This document shows positions 61,413 to 64,000 of a stretch of 64,000 nucleotides of DNA, one piece after another. The position numbers and the translations under genes were made by a program. Source of the DNA: Octopus sinensis (taxonomy: Eukaryota). Each line of letters opens with the position of its first letter. Position 1 is the first letter of the stretch. The stretch is taken from positions 22,444,001 through 22,508,000 of the forward strand of contig NC_043002.1 in the NCBI RefSeq assembly GCF_006345805.1, given 5' to 3'. The notes below the pieces were generated by a model. That model was not told where the DNA came from. It ran no database searches and saw only the letters and a program-made list of their open reading frames with translations.

Positions 61413-62442
61413 GTTTTATTTATTTTTTTATCTAGTTTCAGCTCACTAGCTGTGGCCATGCTGGGGCACCGCCATTTGGTGTTGCTACATGATTTTACTT
61501 CACGAATGCTTTTTAGCAATTGCCATTTGGTGCATGAGAGAGTTCGATGCAGCTGCCCTCATCTGCACCTACTGCCGTGAAGTTGGTTCATCTGGGACAC
61601 CTGACAAGAAGAGATCTAGTTTTATTTTAAAGACGTCTGCATCCACCCCATGCAGGTCTCTTAGGTTCTTCGGGAGGATATTGAAGAGCTGTGGGCCTCG
61701 GAAGCCCAGGCTATCACAGTATCTTGTCGTACATCTTGATGGCAAATTTGGAGTCCTTGGCACTGTGCAGTGGCGCCCAGTTCTGGCATTTATGTAACTC
61801 TCGATGCCAAAGTTTGGGACAAGTCCTTCTAGGATCTTCCAGATGTATATTATGGCATATCTTTCTCGCTTACGCTCTAAGGAATAGAGTCTCAATCTCT
61901 TGAGTCTTTCCCAATAGCTTATATGCTGCACAGAGGCTATCTTCTTCGTGTAGCTTCGTTGGATCGCCTCAAGTTCTGTGATTAACTTGACACTGGATGG
62001 TCAGCCACCTGCATTTCATTGCCAATTTAGCAACATGCACATGAAAGGTTGCATCATCACTCATGTAAATACTCAGGTCTCGCACTGATTGTGCCTCTGG
62101 GATTGCAATCCCTCCAGGTCCAGTGTATTTATTGGGTATTGCATTTAGTTTTGCATGCTGATAGCATAAAGCTTGAAACTTTTCAGCATTGAACTGCATG
62201 CTATTCTATTCAGCTCACTTGTATATTTTGTCCAGCTCACATTGCAGGTGCTTAGTGTCTTCAGGATTCTGTACTGGCTGTGAAACGTTTGTATCATCTG
62301 CATAACTTGTGATCGTGGCTCTCTGCGTGGCTGAGGGCATGTCTGAGAGGGCCATTATGAACAGTAGTAGTCCCAAAACAGTGCCTTGCGGAACACCGCT
62401 CACTATTTGCGTGTTAATGGAAGTGGCCCCATTGGCTACTAC

Positions 62443-62445
<3 letters not shown>
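61413..62445 (-). mobile_element. CR1/L2-superfamily LINE, 5'-truncated and internally deleted
   Basis: [14 protein letters not shown]; SYADDT; QFNAEKF; VRDL; YWERLKRLRLYSLERKRERY; FNILPKNLR; 3' stem-loop and A-rich tail; (TA)n on both sides. Confidence 0.88.
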
Positions 62446-62480
<35 letters not shown>

Positions 62481-62573
62481 GTGTGTGTCTGAATATATAT
62501 GCACAGAAATGTGTTTGTTTACATACAACTATGTATGTAAGCATAAACACATACATACATACCTATATGTATA

Positions 62574-62610
<37 letters not shown>

Positions 62611-62616
62611 GCACAT

Positions 62617-62647
<31 letters not shown>

Positions 62648-62664
62648 GTACATATATACATATG

Positions 62665-62703
<39 letters not shown>

Positions 62704-62833
62704 CTGTGTGTGTCTGTGTATGTATGTATGTATATATATGTATATATAAGGATATGAATGTTTGCCTTTTTGTGCTTAAGCTTGTAGAAGTGAAACGATG
62801 CAAATTATAGATATGTCAATATATACATACACA

Positions 62834-62901
<68 letters not shown>

Positions 62902-63729
62902 CTTACACACACACACATATATGCAGGTGTGCGTGTGTATGTCTGTGCGTATATGTGTGTGTGTGTGCGTGTATATTTGAATGTGTGTGCATGTCTTTCT
63001 GTCTGTGATATAAATATATGTGGCCTCTTAATGGACTCAATTAGAAATTTACAGCTTTTTAATGCATTTTGTCTTCATTAATGTTTGCTGTATGTGGTTA
63101 CTTTTCCTGTTGTTGCCGGAGTCGCTGCTACTGCTGCCACTGCTGCTGTTTCTGCTGCTGCTGCTGCTGCTGTTGATGATGATTATGATGATGAGTTTCA
63201 TTGAAATATGGCGCTCTTTGCTGTCGACTTAATTTTTTTTAAACCTATGTATTACATGTATGTGTATATTTTTACGTGTTTGTGTATATAGTTCTTCTTT
63301 ATGTTTATTTCTGTTAGTTTAAATTCATAACGAAAACGGTGGGAGGTGAGACTTTTAGATGTAATAGCATATTGGTTTTATTTCTATTTTTATCTTTGTT
63401 TCATCTTTTTTTTTCCCTCCCATACTTCAGTACCAACACCGTTCCTAATGATATCTCAATATCGGTGGGCTGGTAGAGAGTTCGGGTAGGGGTGTATAGC
63501 ATTCATAGCTGAATGTAGGAGTGTTAAGTAGGAAGAAGACAGGAAGAAGAGTCCATGATACAGAGGCATATATTGTAGTAGGGAGGGAGACGCTTGCAAT
63601 GTTACTTTGATTTTAAATAATATATAAAACACACGAAATATAAACATTAAATAGAAAAAAAAGGAAACGTTGAAACGGAAAAGGAAACAAAAATAAAATC
63701 AGCTAAAAATCAAATAATAAGATCAGAGA

Positions 63730-64000
63730 TGGTTTCTAATCTTGACACAAGGCCAGTAAGTTCAGGGGAGGGAGTAATTCGATTACATCGATCCTAGTGC
63801 TCAACTGGTATTTATTTGATTGGCCCTGGTAGTCTAAAAGGTAAAAGGGACCTCGGCGAAATTTGAACTTAGAACGTGAAATCGGTAGAGATGCCGCTAA
63901 GCATTTTATCTGGAATAGTAACGATTCTGCCGGTTCGTTGTCTTAAATACTCCTTTTTACTATAGGCACAAGGCCTGGACTTTTAGGGGAGGGGTCTAGT
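63730..64000 (-). mobile_element. Nin-like SINE plus the tail of a second copy running off the window
   Basis: gacctcggcgaaatttgaacttagaacg...gtaacgattctgccggttcg; ttttactataggcacaaggcc at about 63955. Confidence 0.75.

Overview
Eukaryotic, AT-rich, repeat-dominated genomic DNA, with one 100-N scaffold gap at 33183-33282. The SINE families point to an octopus (cephalopod) genome; this is inferred from repeat content, not from a database search. I find no supportable host protein-coding gene. Nearly all ORFs in the track are artefacts of (TA)n, (TATC)n, (CCA)n, (ATC)n and (TCT)n arrays. Real coding homology is limited to mobile elements: five R4/Dong-clade non-LTR retrotransposon copies (Myb-RT-CCHC-REL), all embedded in (TAA)n and stacked head-to-tail in two arrays (20.8-22.4 kb, +; 44.0-51.7 kb, -); a CR1/L2-type LINE 3' fragment; a Tx1/L1 RT fragment; two DD37D(maT)-like elements with TIRs; and several mariner remnants. 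About 30 tRNA-derived SINE copies or fragments fall into CORE-like and Nin-like families. Best leads: (1) a non-coding 593-bp unit carrying a canonical type I hammerhead ribozyme and an identical 56-bp terminal redundancy, inserted in (TATC)n, which fits a retrozyme or Penelope-mobilised mini-element possibly copied from a circular RNA; two further hammerhead motifs occur in other repeats; (2) the Dong array is bracketed by a long duplicated target block; (3) the LINE and one SINE family share a 3' stem-loop with compensatory base changes; (4) recurrent single-headed SINE-in-SINE composites; (5) a 326-bp duplication whose swapped TSDs record recombination between SINEs; (6) three long inverted repeats. 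Many single-base indels suggest long-read consensus errors, so junction-level claims need checking against raw reads.
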